Source: an uncultured Clostridia bacterium (GTDB lineage Bacteria > Bacillota > Dehalobacteriia > UBA4068). From it: a stretch of DNA of 64,000 bases. The notes beneath the pieces are model-generated. The model ran no database searches and was not told where the DNA came from. It saw only the letters and a program-made list of their open reading frames with translations. A program made the position numbers and the translations under genes. Position 1 is the first letter of the stretch. Each line of letters begins with the position of its first letter. Below, piece after piece: positions 19,648-28,487 of this stretch. The stretch lies in assembly GCA_944390945.1 (NCBI GenBank), contig CALXRV010000058.1, forward strand, positions 431-64,430. Direction: 5' to 3'.

Positions 19648-21936
19648 TTATTCCAAACCGACAAAATGTGGCATGTTCGGGTATTGCCGGCGCAGTTCAC
19701 GCAGACGCTCCTCGCTCAAGCCCTCACCATCATGCCGTCCACAACGCGGGCAAACCTCATCGATCACGCCAGTATAACCGCAAAGTGGATCGCGATCCAC
19801 CGGATGATTGACCGAACCATAGCCCACGCCGCATTCCTTCATATAGCGGATGACCGCCTCGAAGGCCTCAAGATTCTTACAGGTATCGCCATCCAGCTCC
19901 ACATAGCTGATATGGCCGGCATTGGTCAGGGCATGATACGGCGCTTCCAGCCGAATCTTCTCAAACGCGCGGATCGGATAATAAACCGGGATATGGAACG
20001 AATTCGTATAATACTCACGGTCCGTAATCCCCTCAATCTCACCGAACAGCTGCTTGTCAATGCGTACAAAGCGACCGGAAAGCCCTTCCGCCGGCGTGGC
20101 GATCAAGGTGAAATTAAGCCCTGTTTCCGCCGATTCTTTATCGCAGCGCGCCCGCATATAGCCCACGATGGCCAGACCCAATTCCTGCGCCTCTTCGCTT
20201 TCACCATGATGCTTTCCGATCAGCGCTTTCAGCGTCTCCGCCAAGCCGATAAACCCCATCGTCAACGTACCATGGCGAAGCACCTCCGCAATGCTGTCAT
20301 CCGGTCCCAGTTTCTCGGAATCCAGCCATACGCCCTGCCCCATCAGGAAAGGATAATTGCGCGCACGCTTGCTGCACTGGATGCGGAAACGATGCAACAG
20401 CTGACGAATAACGATGTCCATCCGTTCATCCAGCAGCTGATAAAAACGATTCAGATCGCCGTTCGCTTCCAGCCCCAGGCGCGGCAGGTTGATGCTGGTA
20501 AAACTAAGATTGCCGCGACCGCAGGTTACCTGCCGTTCCGGGTCATGAACATTCGCCATCACACGCGTACGGCAACCCATATAAGCAACCTCGGAATTAT
20601 AATCCCCCTCTTTATAAAAAGCAAGGTTAAATGGGGCATCTAAGAAGGAAAAGTTTGGAAACAGACGCTTGGCAGAACAAGCCATCGCATGACGGAACAG
20701 ATCATAATTCGGATCTTCCGGATTATAGCTGACGCCTTCCTTCACTTTGAAGATCTGCACCGGGAAAATCGGCGTCTCGCCATTGCCCAGGCCGGCTTCC
20801 GTTGCGCTGAGCAAGTTCCGGATCACCATCCGCCCTTCCGGAGAAGTATCCGTACCATAATTGATCGAGGAAAAAGGTACCTGCGCGCCAGCGCGGCTGT
20901 TCATCGTATTCAGGTTATGTACCAGCGCTTCCATCGCCTGGTAAGTAGCGCGGTCCGTTTCAAAAATCGCTGTTTCCACACTGCGCTCATACACCTCGGC
21001 CGCCCGCTGCGCATCGCAACCATACTGCGCGCATAACCGCTTTGCCACAGCGTCGTCAAAGGCATCATGATCCGCCATAGCAAGCGGCGCATCGATTTCC
21101 TGCTTGCAGCCGGCGGCAAAACTGCGTCCTTCCTCTGCCGGCAAGCCAAGCAGAGCAGCCGTATAAAGCGCTAGCGCCTTAAAATATTCCTTGCGGAAGG
21201 TCTTACGTACGCCGGGCGCCATTGCATAATCGAAATTTGGCAGGCTCTGACCACCATGCATCTCGTTTTGGTTGGCCTGTATGGCGATACAGCCCAAAGC
21301 AGAATAGCTCTGAATGCTGTTCGGCTCGCGCAAATAGCCATGTCCGGTGGAGAACCCATCTTTAAACAACTTGATCAGATCGATCTGGCAGCAGGTCTCC
21401 GTCAACATATAAAAATCTTTATCATGAATATGAATATCGCCGTTGATATGCGCGGCTGCAATATCCCGCGGCAGGATATAATTATCCACAAAATATTTTG
21501 AGCCTTCAGAGCCATATTTCAGCATCGTACCCATGGCAGTGTCCGCATCAATATTGGCATTTTCCCGCTTCAGATCCGCATCCTTGGCATAGGTAAATGT
21601 CAGCTCTTTATAAATATCCATCAGATCCGCTTCTGATTGGCGAATCTTGCTGTGCTCCGCACGGTAAAGGATATACGCCTTGGCAATGCGGGCATGTCCG
21701 GAGTGGATCAGCGCTTCCTCCACCAGATCCTGTACCTGTTCCACCGTGGGCAATATGCCAGGACGGATCATGCCAACCACGTTTGCAGTCAGACGATGCA
21801 ATTCATCCGGCGTCAACTGATCATCTGCTGTGGCGATGCTCGCTTTATGGATTGCATCTTTGATCTTCTGGGCGTCAAACGTAACAATGCTGCCATCACG
21901 TTTTCGGATGGCAGGCGGGGTGATCGTTGGTACCAT
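19648..21936 (-). CDS. nrdD: anaerobic ribonucleoside-triphosphate reductase, large ORF lacking the glycyl-radical C-terminus
   Basis: ORF 19648..21972 trimmed to ATG 21936 behind GAAGGAGAG. ATP-cone start IRKRDGSIVTFDAQKIKDAIHKA and a long class III RNR core. It ends CPRCGRHDGEGLSEERLRELRRQYPNMPHFVGLE*, with no RxxGY motif. Confidence 0.85.
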   Translation of the reverse strand: MVPTITPPAIRKRDGSIVTFDAQKIKDAIHKASIATADDQLTPDELHRLTANVVGMIRPGILPTVEQVQDLVEEALIHSGHARIAKAYILYRAEHSKIRQSEADLMDIYKELTFTYAKDADLKRENANIDADTAMGTMLKYGSEGSKYFVDNYILPRDIAAAHINGDIHIHDKDFYMLTETCCQIDLIKLFKDGFSTGHGYLREPNSIQSYSALGCIAIQANQNEMHGGQSLPNFDYAMAPGVRKTFRKEYFKALALYTAALLGLPAEEGRSFAAGCKQEIDAPLAMADHDAFDDAVAKRLCAQYGCDAQRAAEVYERSVETAIFETDRATYQAMEALVHNLNTMNSRAGAQVPFSSINYGTDTSPEGRMVIRNLLSATEAGLGNGETPIFPVQIFKVKEGVSYNPEDPNYDLFRHAMACSAKRLFPNFSFLDAPFNLAFYKEGDYNSEVAYMGCRTRVMANVHDPERQVTCGRGNLSFTSINLPRLGLEANGDLNRFYQLLDERMDIVIRQLLHRFRIQCSKRARNYPFLMGQGVWLDSEKLGPDDSIAEVLRHGTLTMGFIGLAETLKALIGKHHGESEEAQELGLAIVGYMRARCDKESAETGLNFTLIATPAEGLSGRFVRIDKQLFGEIEGITDREYYTNSFHIPVYYPIRAFEKIRLEAPYHALTNAGHISYVELDGDTCKNLEAFEAVIRYMKECGVGYGSVNHPVDRDPLCGYTGVIDEVCPRCGRHDGEGLSEERLRELRRQYPNMPHFVGLE

Positions 21937-21996
21937 GCGCAGGCTCTCCTTCTCGTAAATGCTCCCAGTCATTTTATCATCGTATGTTTATTTTAC

Positions 21997-22043
21997 CACA
22001 ACATATAGTGTATAGCAATAAAATTTTCCACATATATTGATAT
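21997..22043 (-). promoter_or_regulatory. tandem NrdR boxes upstream of nrdD
   Basis: Two AT-rich 16-bp imperfect palindromes, CACAACATATAGTGTA (21997-22012) and CCACATATATTGATAT (22028-22043). Their centres are ~31 bp apart, which is the typical NrdR operator arrangement. Confidence 0.6.
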
Positions 22044-22157
22044 TTTTTGTCTACCTCCTGCGCTGGCAGAAAGCGTTTGGCGAACACAAAAGGATGTGCT
22101 ATAATCTAGGGTAAAGAAATGTTCGACAAAATTCTATCCACGCGCAGGAGGGATCGC

Positions 22158-22679
22158 ATGAAAAAAATCATCTTCGTCTTGCTGGCATTGTTCCTTTTGC
22201 CGTCCGGCGCTCTGGCCACAGCTGCGGAAGAAGCGCCGCTGATCGGCAATGTCTGTCCGGTCTGCCATTTTTGCGCCGTGCCGCTCGGTGCCTGCGTGTT
22301 GATCTGGGCGATCGTTGCGCTGCTTCTCCTGATCCTGCTCACCGCTATACTCGGGCGAAAAAAACGCTGCCCTGCCTGCGGCGAAAAGAATAAGCGCCGT
22401 GCTGCTGTTTGCATCTACTGCGGACAGCCGCTGCGCAAGCCAACACCTCAGTCTGCGCCTCAAGCCAGTTTTCCGCCGCTTGATGCCAATTCGAACCAGA
22501 TGCAGGCGTCATCTTCTCCACAGCCAGATACAGCACCTATTCGTCCTGCAATGACAAAGCCGCTGGAACAACCGCATTCCGTACCAGAAAGCAAGCCTGC
22601 CACCAGGATCTGTCCCAGCTGTGGCAAAGAGCTGCCCGCGCGTGCCGTTTTCTGTAGCGCCTGCGGTCGCCGTCTCTGA
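22158..22679 (+). CDS. membrane protein with two zinc-ribbon motifs
   Basis: ATG 22158 follows AGGAGG. Signal/TM MKKIIFVLLALFLLPSGALA and a second TM. Zinc ribbons CPACGEKNKRRAAVCIYCG and CPSCGKELPARAVFCSACG flank a Pro/Gln-rich linker. Confidence 0.6.
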   Translation: MKKIIFVLLALFLLPSGALATAAEEAPLIGNVCPVCHFCAVPLGACVLIWAIVALLLLILLTAILGRKKRCPACGEKNKRRAAVCIYCGQPLRKPTPQSAPQASFPPLDANSNQMQASSSPQPDTAPIRPAMTKPLEQPHSVPESKPATRICPSCGKELPARAVFCSACGRRL

Positions 22680-22715
22680 TCCGGTGCTGATATCATACTA
22701 GCACAGCAGAATAAT

Positions 22716-22742
22716 CAAAAAGGGCCATCTTTGGCCCTTTTT
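22716..22742. terminator. bidirectional intrinsic terminator
   Basis: AAAAAGGGCC-atcttt-GGCCCTTTTT between convergent genes. Confidence 0.75.
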
Positions 22743-22788
22743 CATGTCGAACGGAAATTTAATCTTGCGCATCCATCCCAACAACCAT

Positions 22789-23658
22789 TCAGCACATAAT
22801 CTCACCCATATCATCGCCATAAAGACGGATATCCGCAGGCTCGCCAACCCCCAGGCCGTACTGCGCCGCCGCCTGCAGGCAGCCTACCGCCTCCAGGTCG
22901 ATCCCGGCAATCGCGGCCAATACTGCATCCGCCGCTACGGCATCGACTGCAGCCAGGATAAAATCCTCCGCCTGCGGCTGGAAACCGCTCTCGCCGCGCA
23001 AGCCATCAACGATCGTCAAGTCCGGCGCAATAATGCTGTAAATATCGACCAAAGCCCGCTGCTGTGCAGCAAAGCCATATTCAGGGGAAAGCTTTGCCGC
23101 AATGCGCATGTTATGCATTGCTCCGCCAAAAAGATGCCCCTCGCCAGCGCGGAACTTGGCCAAGCTGATGATGATATCCGCCTCCAGCACAAATCTGGCC
23201 AACTCTACCTGATCCAAGACCAATCCGGTATCCGTTTCCCGCATCTCGCCTTCTACAGCCGAAAGATCAAAAAAGCGCACGCCCTCCAGCTCTGCCAGAC
23301 GCGCATAACCGCTTTTTTCCAGCACATCGGCAAAAGAGAAGCCGTCTTCCACCCGCACACCAAAGCATATCTGCTGCACGCCGCATTCTCGTGCCAATTC
23401 GCGCACCGCATATGCCAGCCGAATATCAAAATTCACGCCTGCTTCATTATCCGCCGGCAGTGTTAAATCCAGCAGAAACAGCGGTTTTTCCCCGCCGGTG
23501 AAAAAAAAGTCTCCTCCGCCATAAGGCAACAACAGCCGACGCAACAGTTTCGCTGCTTCTCGCGGCTGCTCGCGTACTGCGGCCTCCGCCTTCAGCAAAG
23601 AGATCATCGTCATCCGCAACACCTCGCCCGCTTTTGGCTTGCTATCCGTTATTGCCAA
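22789..23658 (-). CDS. DUF362 domain-containing protein
   Basis: Pattern EADIIISLAKFRAGEGHLFGGAMHNM ... APDLTIVDGLRGESG ... FILAAVDAVAADAVLAAIAGID matches the DUF362 layout as I remember it. The start codon is uncertain (M1, M16 or M18). Confidence 0.55.
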   Translation of the reverse strand: MAITDSKPKAGEVLRMTMISLLKAEAAVREQPREAAKLLRRLLLPYGGGDFFFTGGEKPLFLLDLTLPADNEAGVNFDIRLAYAVRELARECGVQQICFGVRVEDGFSFADVLEKSGYARLAELEGVRFFDLSAVEGEMRETDTGLVLDQVELARFVLEADIIISLAKFRAGEGHLFGGAMHNMRIAAKLSPEYGFAAQQRALVDIYSIIAPDLTIVDGLRGESGFQPQAEDFILAAVDAVAADAVLAAIAGIDLEAVGCLQAAAQYGLGVGEPADIRLYGDDMGEIMC

Positions 23659-23700
23659 CAGTATATCATAATCCCCGCCGCTTGCAAACCATCAAATCTA

Positions 23701-23734
23701 GCAAAAAGCCGCCGGCAGATAGCGGCGGCTTTTC
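23701..23734 (-). terminator. intrinsic terminator of the sigma/anti-sigma operon
   Basis: Minus strand AAAAGCCGCCG-ctatct-GCCGGCGGCTTTTTG. Confidence 0.7.
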
Positions 23735-23785
23735 AGCCAGTGGTGTGGTGAACTGCATTTTCCCGCTATTTTGCCAGCGGCAAAA

Positions 23786-25078
23786 TCAATCTTCCACTTC
23801 AGCATCATATTGCAAAATTTCGCCGTTCAGCGCATCAATCTCATAATCATATTCCATTCTGCCGCTGTACCATTCCACCTCATAAAGGGCAACGCCATCA
23901 TCCACATCAAAATCCACTTCCATCTCCCAGGCATCCGCCTCGTCAATACCGGCATGAAGAAGGGCGATCGCCCGTGCCTCATTAGCCGTGATATACTCGC
24001 CACGCATTGCTGCGGAACCGGGAGAATCCATATTTCCGTCTGCAGCAGTGTCCTGACCAATCGGCCGCTCTTCTGCTTCTGTATCCATTTTCAAGATCGC
24101 GCCGTCTCCCGCAGCGATCTCATATTCATATTTCATCTCACCAGCGAAGAATTCAACTTCATAAACCATCTGTCCGTCATCGAAATCCATCTCAATTTCT
24201 TGGTAAAGAATATCCGCTTCCGTCAGGCCAGAATGCTCCAAAGCCAAGGCCAACGCTGCCTCACGGCCGATATATGCCTTATCGCTGGCCGTACCGGTAG
24301 ATACCACTTCGGTCAAGGTCTCCTGCTGGGACTCGACCAGCAAAGTCAACTCGTTGATCGAAAGCTTTGCCAACTCCGTAAAGCTATACAAACTATTTTG
24401 TGCAATGATCGTGTTGATTAAACTGGCTTTCCCTGCTGAGATTTGATTCTCACTCGCCAATGCTGCCAGTGATTCATCGCTCGTAACCGTCTGGCTGATC
24501 ACCGCACCCTCCACAGAAAAACTCTGTAATATGCTGTCAATCTCTGCTGCAAGCCGCTCCTGTAACGCGGTGCTGCGCGCCTGGTCGCCACTTTCCACAG
24601 AGACCAAAATCGAGTTTGCCAGCTCACTGATATAGCCATTTTTCAGCATGGAACCGATCAAGGCATTCACCGCCACATCCAGCGTGGCGCCACTCAGATC
24701 CATACCATCCAGAATACCTTCCGCATCCGCATTACGCGCAACAGCGTGCAATACACGCTCTTCCGCATTGATCTGCAATTCAACGCTGGGGTTGACATCC
24801 AGCGCAATCACGGAATCTACCGCATGCTGTGCCTGATATTGCCGAAACATGCCAAAACCGCCGATCACCAGCACCAATGCCGCAACGCAGGCCAAAGCCC
24901 TTGCCCAGGGCTGTCTGCGCTTTCGCGCCGCTGAAAAGGACACGACAGCACCGGCTTCATCCGCGGGTTGCGGCTTGTTTTCAGCTGCTGCACAGCGAGC
25001 GCGAATCTGCTCCCAGACATCCGGCGTGGAGGCAGCGACAGCACGCTGCAATTTGGCTTCCAGTTCTCTGTCGTTCAT
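23786..25078 (-). CDS. anti-sigma factor with extracytoplasmic tandem PepSY domains
   Basis: N-terminal anti-sigma helix MNDRELEAKLQRAVAASTPDVWEQIRARC and one TM (ALACVAALVLVIGGFGMF). Two PepSY-like repeats (...MVYEVEFFAGEMKYEYEIAAGDGAILKMD and ...ALYEVEWYSGRMEYDYEIDALNGEILQYD). ATGA overlap with the sigma gene. Confidence 0.7.
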   Translation of the reverse strand: MNDRELEAKLQRAVAASTPDVWEQIRARCAAAENKPQPADEAGAVVSFSAARKRRQPWARALACVAALVLVIGGFGMFRQYQAQHAVDSVIALDVNPSVELQINAEERVLHAVARNADAEGILDGMDLSGATLDVAVNALIGSMLKNGYISELANSILVSVESGDQARSTALQERLAAEIDSILQSFSVEGAVISQTVTSDESLAALASENQISAGKASLINTIIAQNSLYSFTELAKLSINELTLLVESQQETLTEVVSTGTASDKAYIGREAALALALEHSGLTEADILYQEIEMDFDDGQMVYEVEFFAGEMKYEYEIAAGDGAILKMDTEAEERPIGQDTAADGNMDSPGSAAMRGEYITANEARAIALLHAGIDEADAWEMEVDFDVDDGVALYEVEWYSGRMEYDYEIDALNGEILQYDAEVED

Positions 25079-25650
25079 GCGTCCTCCCCCTCTGTCAACT
25101 TCTTTCGCAGTTTTTTCAATGCGCGGTGATACTTCGCCAGTACGGTGGAAAGCGGCATTTGCTGCATTTCTGCAATCTCGCGGTGTTTAAGCCCGGCCAC
25201 GGTATGCATCATCACCAGCTGTCTTTCCTCATCAGAAAGAACCTGCAGAGCAGCGGCAAGCAACAACCGGTCTTCCCCGGAAACCGCATCCGGCAACGCG
25301 GCAAATGACGCCGCCTCATCCAGCGGCGCTACGCGCTTAGTCCCACGCAGACGCATCAGCGCCAGATTGCGTGCGATCGTCAGCAACCAGGCCATCGGTT
25401 TGCCGGACGGACAGTAGCGTCCGGCTGCAGTATAGGCCTGGACAAAAGTATCCTGCAGCACATCTTCCGCATCAGCGCTGTTGGCCGTGATCGAAAGCGC
25501 ATAACCATATACTGCGCTGCGGGTCTGGCGATAGAATTCTTCCAATGCCTGCGCATCCTGCCTTCCCATCGCCAGGATCAGCGGTTCCAGCACAGCGGCA
25601 GGCGCCTGCGGATTCATTTTCACGATTGCCGAAGAACGATCGGTCAGCAT
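25075..25650 (-). CDS. ECF-type RNA polymerase sigma-70 family factor
   Basis: 191 aa. Region 2 is AEDVLQDTFVQAY...WLLTIARNLA and region 4 HTH is LSDEERQLVMMHTVAGLKHREIAEMQQMPLSTVLAKYHRALKKLR. Confidence 0.85.
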   Translation of the reverse strand: MLTDRSSAIVKMNPQAPAAVLEPLILAMGRQDAQALEEFYRQTRSAVYGYALSITANSADAEDVLQDTFVQAYTAAGRYCPSGKPMAWLLTIARNLALMRLRGTKRVAPLDEAASFAALPDAVSGEDRLLLAAALQVLSDEERQLVMMHTVAGLKHREIAEMQQMPLSTVLAKYHRALKKLRKKLTEGEDA

Positions 25651-25717
25651 CTTGATTCTCCTGTTACCTTAACAATGCAGGAACACCTCATTTTATTGCA
25701 CTGCATAAAAATATTTT

Positions 25718-25752
25718 GAAAAGGGAAAGCGGAGCGCTCCGCTTTCCCTTTT
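25718..25752. terminator. bidirectional intrinsic terminator downstream of ppdK
   Basis: GAAAAGGGAAAGCGGAGC/GCTCCGCTTTCCCTTTTC, a perfect palindrome with flanking A and T runs. Confidence 0.8.
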
Positions 25753-25780
25753 CTCCTTGTCGTGGATACGCTCTTTTGCT

Positions 25781-28408
25781 TTACTTCTCGTCCTTGATCG
25801 CAGCCTGTGCCGCCGCCAAACGGGCAATCGGCACACGGAAAGGCGAGCAGCTGACATACTGCAGGCCAACCTGATGGCAGAATTCGACCGAAGCCGGATC
25901 ACCGCCATGCTCACCGCAGATACCCAGCTTGATATTGGGACGTGTTGCACGGCCCTTTTCAGCCGCCAGTTTCATCAGCTGGCCAACGCCCTTGAAATCG
26001 ATGCGCGCAAAGGGATCGCTTTCATAGATCTGCTTTTTATAATATTCATCCAGGAATGCGCCGGCATCATCGCGCGAGAAGCCAAAGGTCATCTGCGTCA
26101 GGTCGTTGGTACCAAAGCTGAAGAACTCCGCAATCTCCGCAATCTCATCCGCAACCAGGCAAGCGCGCGGAATTTCGATCATCGTACCAACCATATAGTC
26201 CAGCTGCATGCCGCTTTCCGCAATCACTTGATCTGCCGTTGCCTTGACGATATCCGCCACATACTTCAGCTCCTTGACCTCGCCGACGAGCGGAATCATG
26301 ATCTCGGGCACAATCTCATAACCCTTTGCCTTCTTCACGGTCAAAGCCGCTTCAATAATCGCACGCGCCTGCATTTCCGCAATCTCCGGATAAGTGACGC
26401 ACAAACGGCAGCCGCGGTGGCCCATCATCGGATTGAATTCATGCAGCTGTTCTGCCCGGGCTTTGATCTTCTCCACCGACAGACCCATATTTGCAGCCAG
26501 CGTAGCAAAATCTTCTTCTTCTTTGGGCAGGAACTCATGCAGCGGCGGGTCGAGCAAACGCACGGTCACCGGCCGGTTCTCCATCGCTTCATAAATACCG
26601 ATGAAGTCCTCACGCTGCATGGGCAGCAATTTATCCAGGGCCGCACGGCGGTCTGCTTCATTGTCCGCCAAAATCATTTCACGCATACGCGGAATACGAT
26701 CTTCTTCAAAGAACATATGCTCTGTACGCGTCAGACCAATGCCCTCGGCGCCAAAATTGACCGCGTTCAGCGCATCTTTCGGCGTATCGGCATTCGTGCG
26801 CACTTTCAGTTTGCGGTACTGATCCGCCCAACCCATGAAGCGGCCAAAATCACCGGTGATTGAAGCGGGCACCGTCGGGATATCACCCGCATAAATATTA
26901 CCGGTAGTGCCGTCAAGCGAGATATAATCGCCTTCATGATAAACAACGCCGCCCAGTTCCATCGTCTTCGTATTCTCATCGATGCGCGCTTCACCACAGC
27001 CGGCCACACAGCAGGTACCCATACCGCGTGCCACAACTGCAGCATGCGAGGTACGACCGCCGCGGGCGGTAAGGATGCCCTCGGCCGCAGCCATGCCTTC
27101 GATATCTTCCGGCGAAGTCTCAAGACGCGCCAGGATGACGCGCTCACCGCGTTCTGTATGCGCAGCCTTCGCCGCTTCCGCCGTGAAGTACAGCTTGCCG
27201 GCAGCAGAACCCGGGCTGGCGGGCAACGCGGAGCCGATCGGCTTCGCCGCCTTTAACGCAGCAGCATCAAAGCTGGGATGCAGCAGCTGGTCGAGCTGCT
27301 TCGGATCGACCTTCATCAGGGCTTCCTTCTCCGTGATCAGCCCTTCGTCCACCATCTCGACTGCAATGCGCAACGCTGCGGTAGCCGTGCGCTTGCCGTT
27401 ACGGGTCTGCAGGAAATAAAGCTTGCCCTCTTCAATGGTGAATTCCATATCCTGCATATCTTTATAGTGACGTTCCAGCGTATTTGCAATCTCGATGAAC
27501 TGCTTAAATACCGCGGGCATATCCTGCTCGAGTACAGAGATCGGCTTTGGCGTGCGAATGCCGGCAACCACGTCCTCGCCCTGCGCATTGATCAGATATT
27601 CGCCGAACACCTTGCGTTCGCCGGTAGCAGGGTCACGCGTGAAGGCCACGCCGGTGCCAGAGGTATCGCCCATATTGCCGAACACCATCATCTGCACGTT
27701 AACCGCAGTACCCCAGTCGCCAGGAATATCGTTCATGCGGCGGTAATAGATGGCACGGTCATTATTCCAGGAGCGGAAAACAGCGGTAACCGCGCCCATC
27801 AGCTGTTCATAAGGATCAGAGGGGAACGGCTGGCCGATCTTGGCCTGATATTCCGCCTTAAACTGCTCTGCCAGCTCCTTCAGGTCAGCCGCGGTCAGTT
27901 CCGTATCCAGCTTAACCCCACGCGCTTCCTTCATCTCATCGATCAGTTCTTCAAAATACTTCTTGCCAACTTCCATCACCACATCGGAATACATCTGGAT
28001 GAAGCGGCGGTAGGAATCATAGGCGAATCTGGGATTGCCCGTTTTTTTGGCAAAAGCTTCAACCACTTCGTCATTCAGACCAAGATTGAGGATGGTATCC
28101 ATCATGCCGGGCATGGATGCGCGGGCACCGGAACGCACAGAAACGAGCAGCGGGTTTTCCAGATCACCAAATTTTTTACCGGAAACCTGCTCCAGCTCTT
28201 TCATCGCGGTTTTAATCTCAGCGACGATCTCCGGCGCAACAGTCTTGCCCTTGGCATAATAATCATTGCAGGCTTCGGTGGTCACCGTGAAACCCTGCGG
28301 GATCGGCATACCCAGACGCGTCATTTCTGCCAAGTTAGCGCCCTTGCCGCCAAGCAGGTTCCGCATGCCGGCGTCGCCTTCACGGAAATGGTAGACAAAC
28401 TTCGTCAT
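25781..28408 (-). CDS. ppdK: pyruvate, phosphate dikinase
   Basis: Starts MTKFVYHFREG, with AGGAGAG 6 nt upstream of this second ATG. Phosphohistidine motif GGRTSHAAVVARGMG and a C-terminal PEP-utilising TIM-barrel. ~875 aa. Confidence 0.95.
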   Translation of the reverse strand: MTKFVYHFREGDAGMRNLLGGKGANLAEMTRLGMPIPQGFTVTTEACNDYYAKGKTVAPEIVAEIKTAMKELEQVSGKKFGDLENPLLVSVRSGARASMPGMMDTILNLGLNDEVVEAFAKKTGNPRFAYDSYRRFIQMYSDVVMEVGKKYFEELIDEMKEARGVKLDTELTAADLKELAEQFKAEYQAKIGQPFPSDPYEQLMGAVTAVFRSWNNDRAIYYRRMNDIPGDWGTAVNVQMMVFGNMGDTSGTGVAFTRDPATGERKVFGEYLINAQGEDVVAGIRTPKPISVLEQDMPAVFKQFIEIANTLERHYKDMQDMEFTIEEGKLYFLQTRNGKRTATAALRIAVEMVDEGLITEKEALMKVDPKQLDQLLHPSFDAAALKAAKPIGSALPASPGSAAGKLYFTAEAAKAAHTERGERVILARLETSPEDIEGMAAAEGILTARGGRTSHAAVVARGMGTCCVAGCGEARIDENTKTMELGGVVYHEGDYISLDGTTGNIYAGDIPTVPASITGDFGRFMGWADQYRKLKVRTNADTPKDALNAVNFGAEGIGLTRTEHMFFEEDRIPRMREMILADNEADRRAALDKLLPMQREDFIGIYEAMENRPVTVRLLDPPLHEFLPKEEEDFATLAANMGLSVEKIKARAEQLHEFNPMMGHRGCRLCVTYPEIAEMQARAIIEAALTVKKAKGYEIVPEIMIPLVGEVKELKYVADIVKATADQVIAESGMQLDYMVGTMIEIPRACLVADEIAEIAEFFSFGTNDLTQMTFGFSRDDAGAFLDEYYKKQIYESDPFARIDFKGVGQLMKLAAEKGRATRPNIKLGICGEHGGDPASVEFCHQVGLQYVSCSPFRVPIARLAAAQAAIKDEK

Positions 28409-28487
28409 TTGCATCTCTCCTTTGATTCCTAAATTTATTTATATAGACAAACAGCAAACGATATTCAAATTCATTATGCAAGCCCGA

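Noticed and set aside
19576-20643. 355-aa plus-strand ORF
   Set aside because: It is antisense to nrdD and is a shadow ORF.
25757-28432. Two long plus-strand ORFs (368 aa and 384 aa)
   Set aside because: Both are antisense to ppdK, which carries the phosphohistidine motif GGRTSHAAVVARGMG. They are shadow ORFs.
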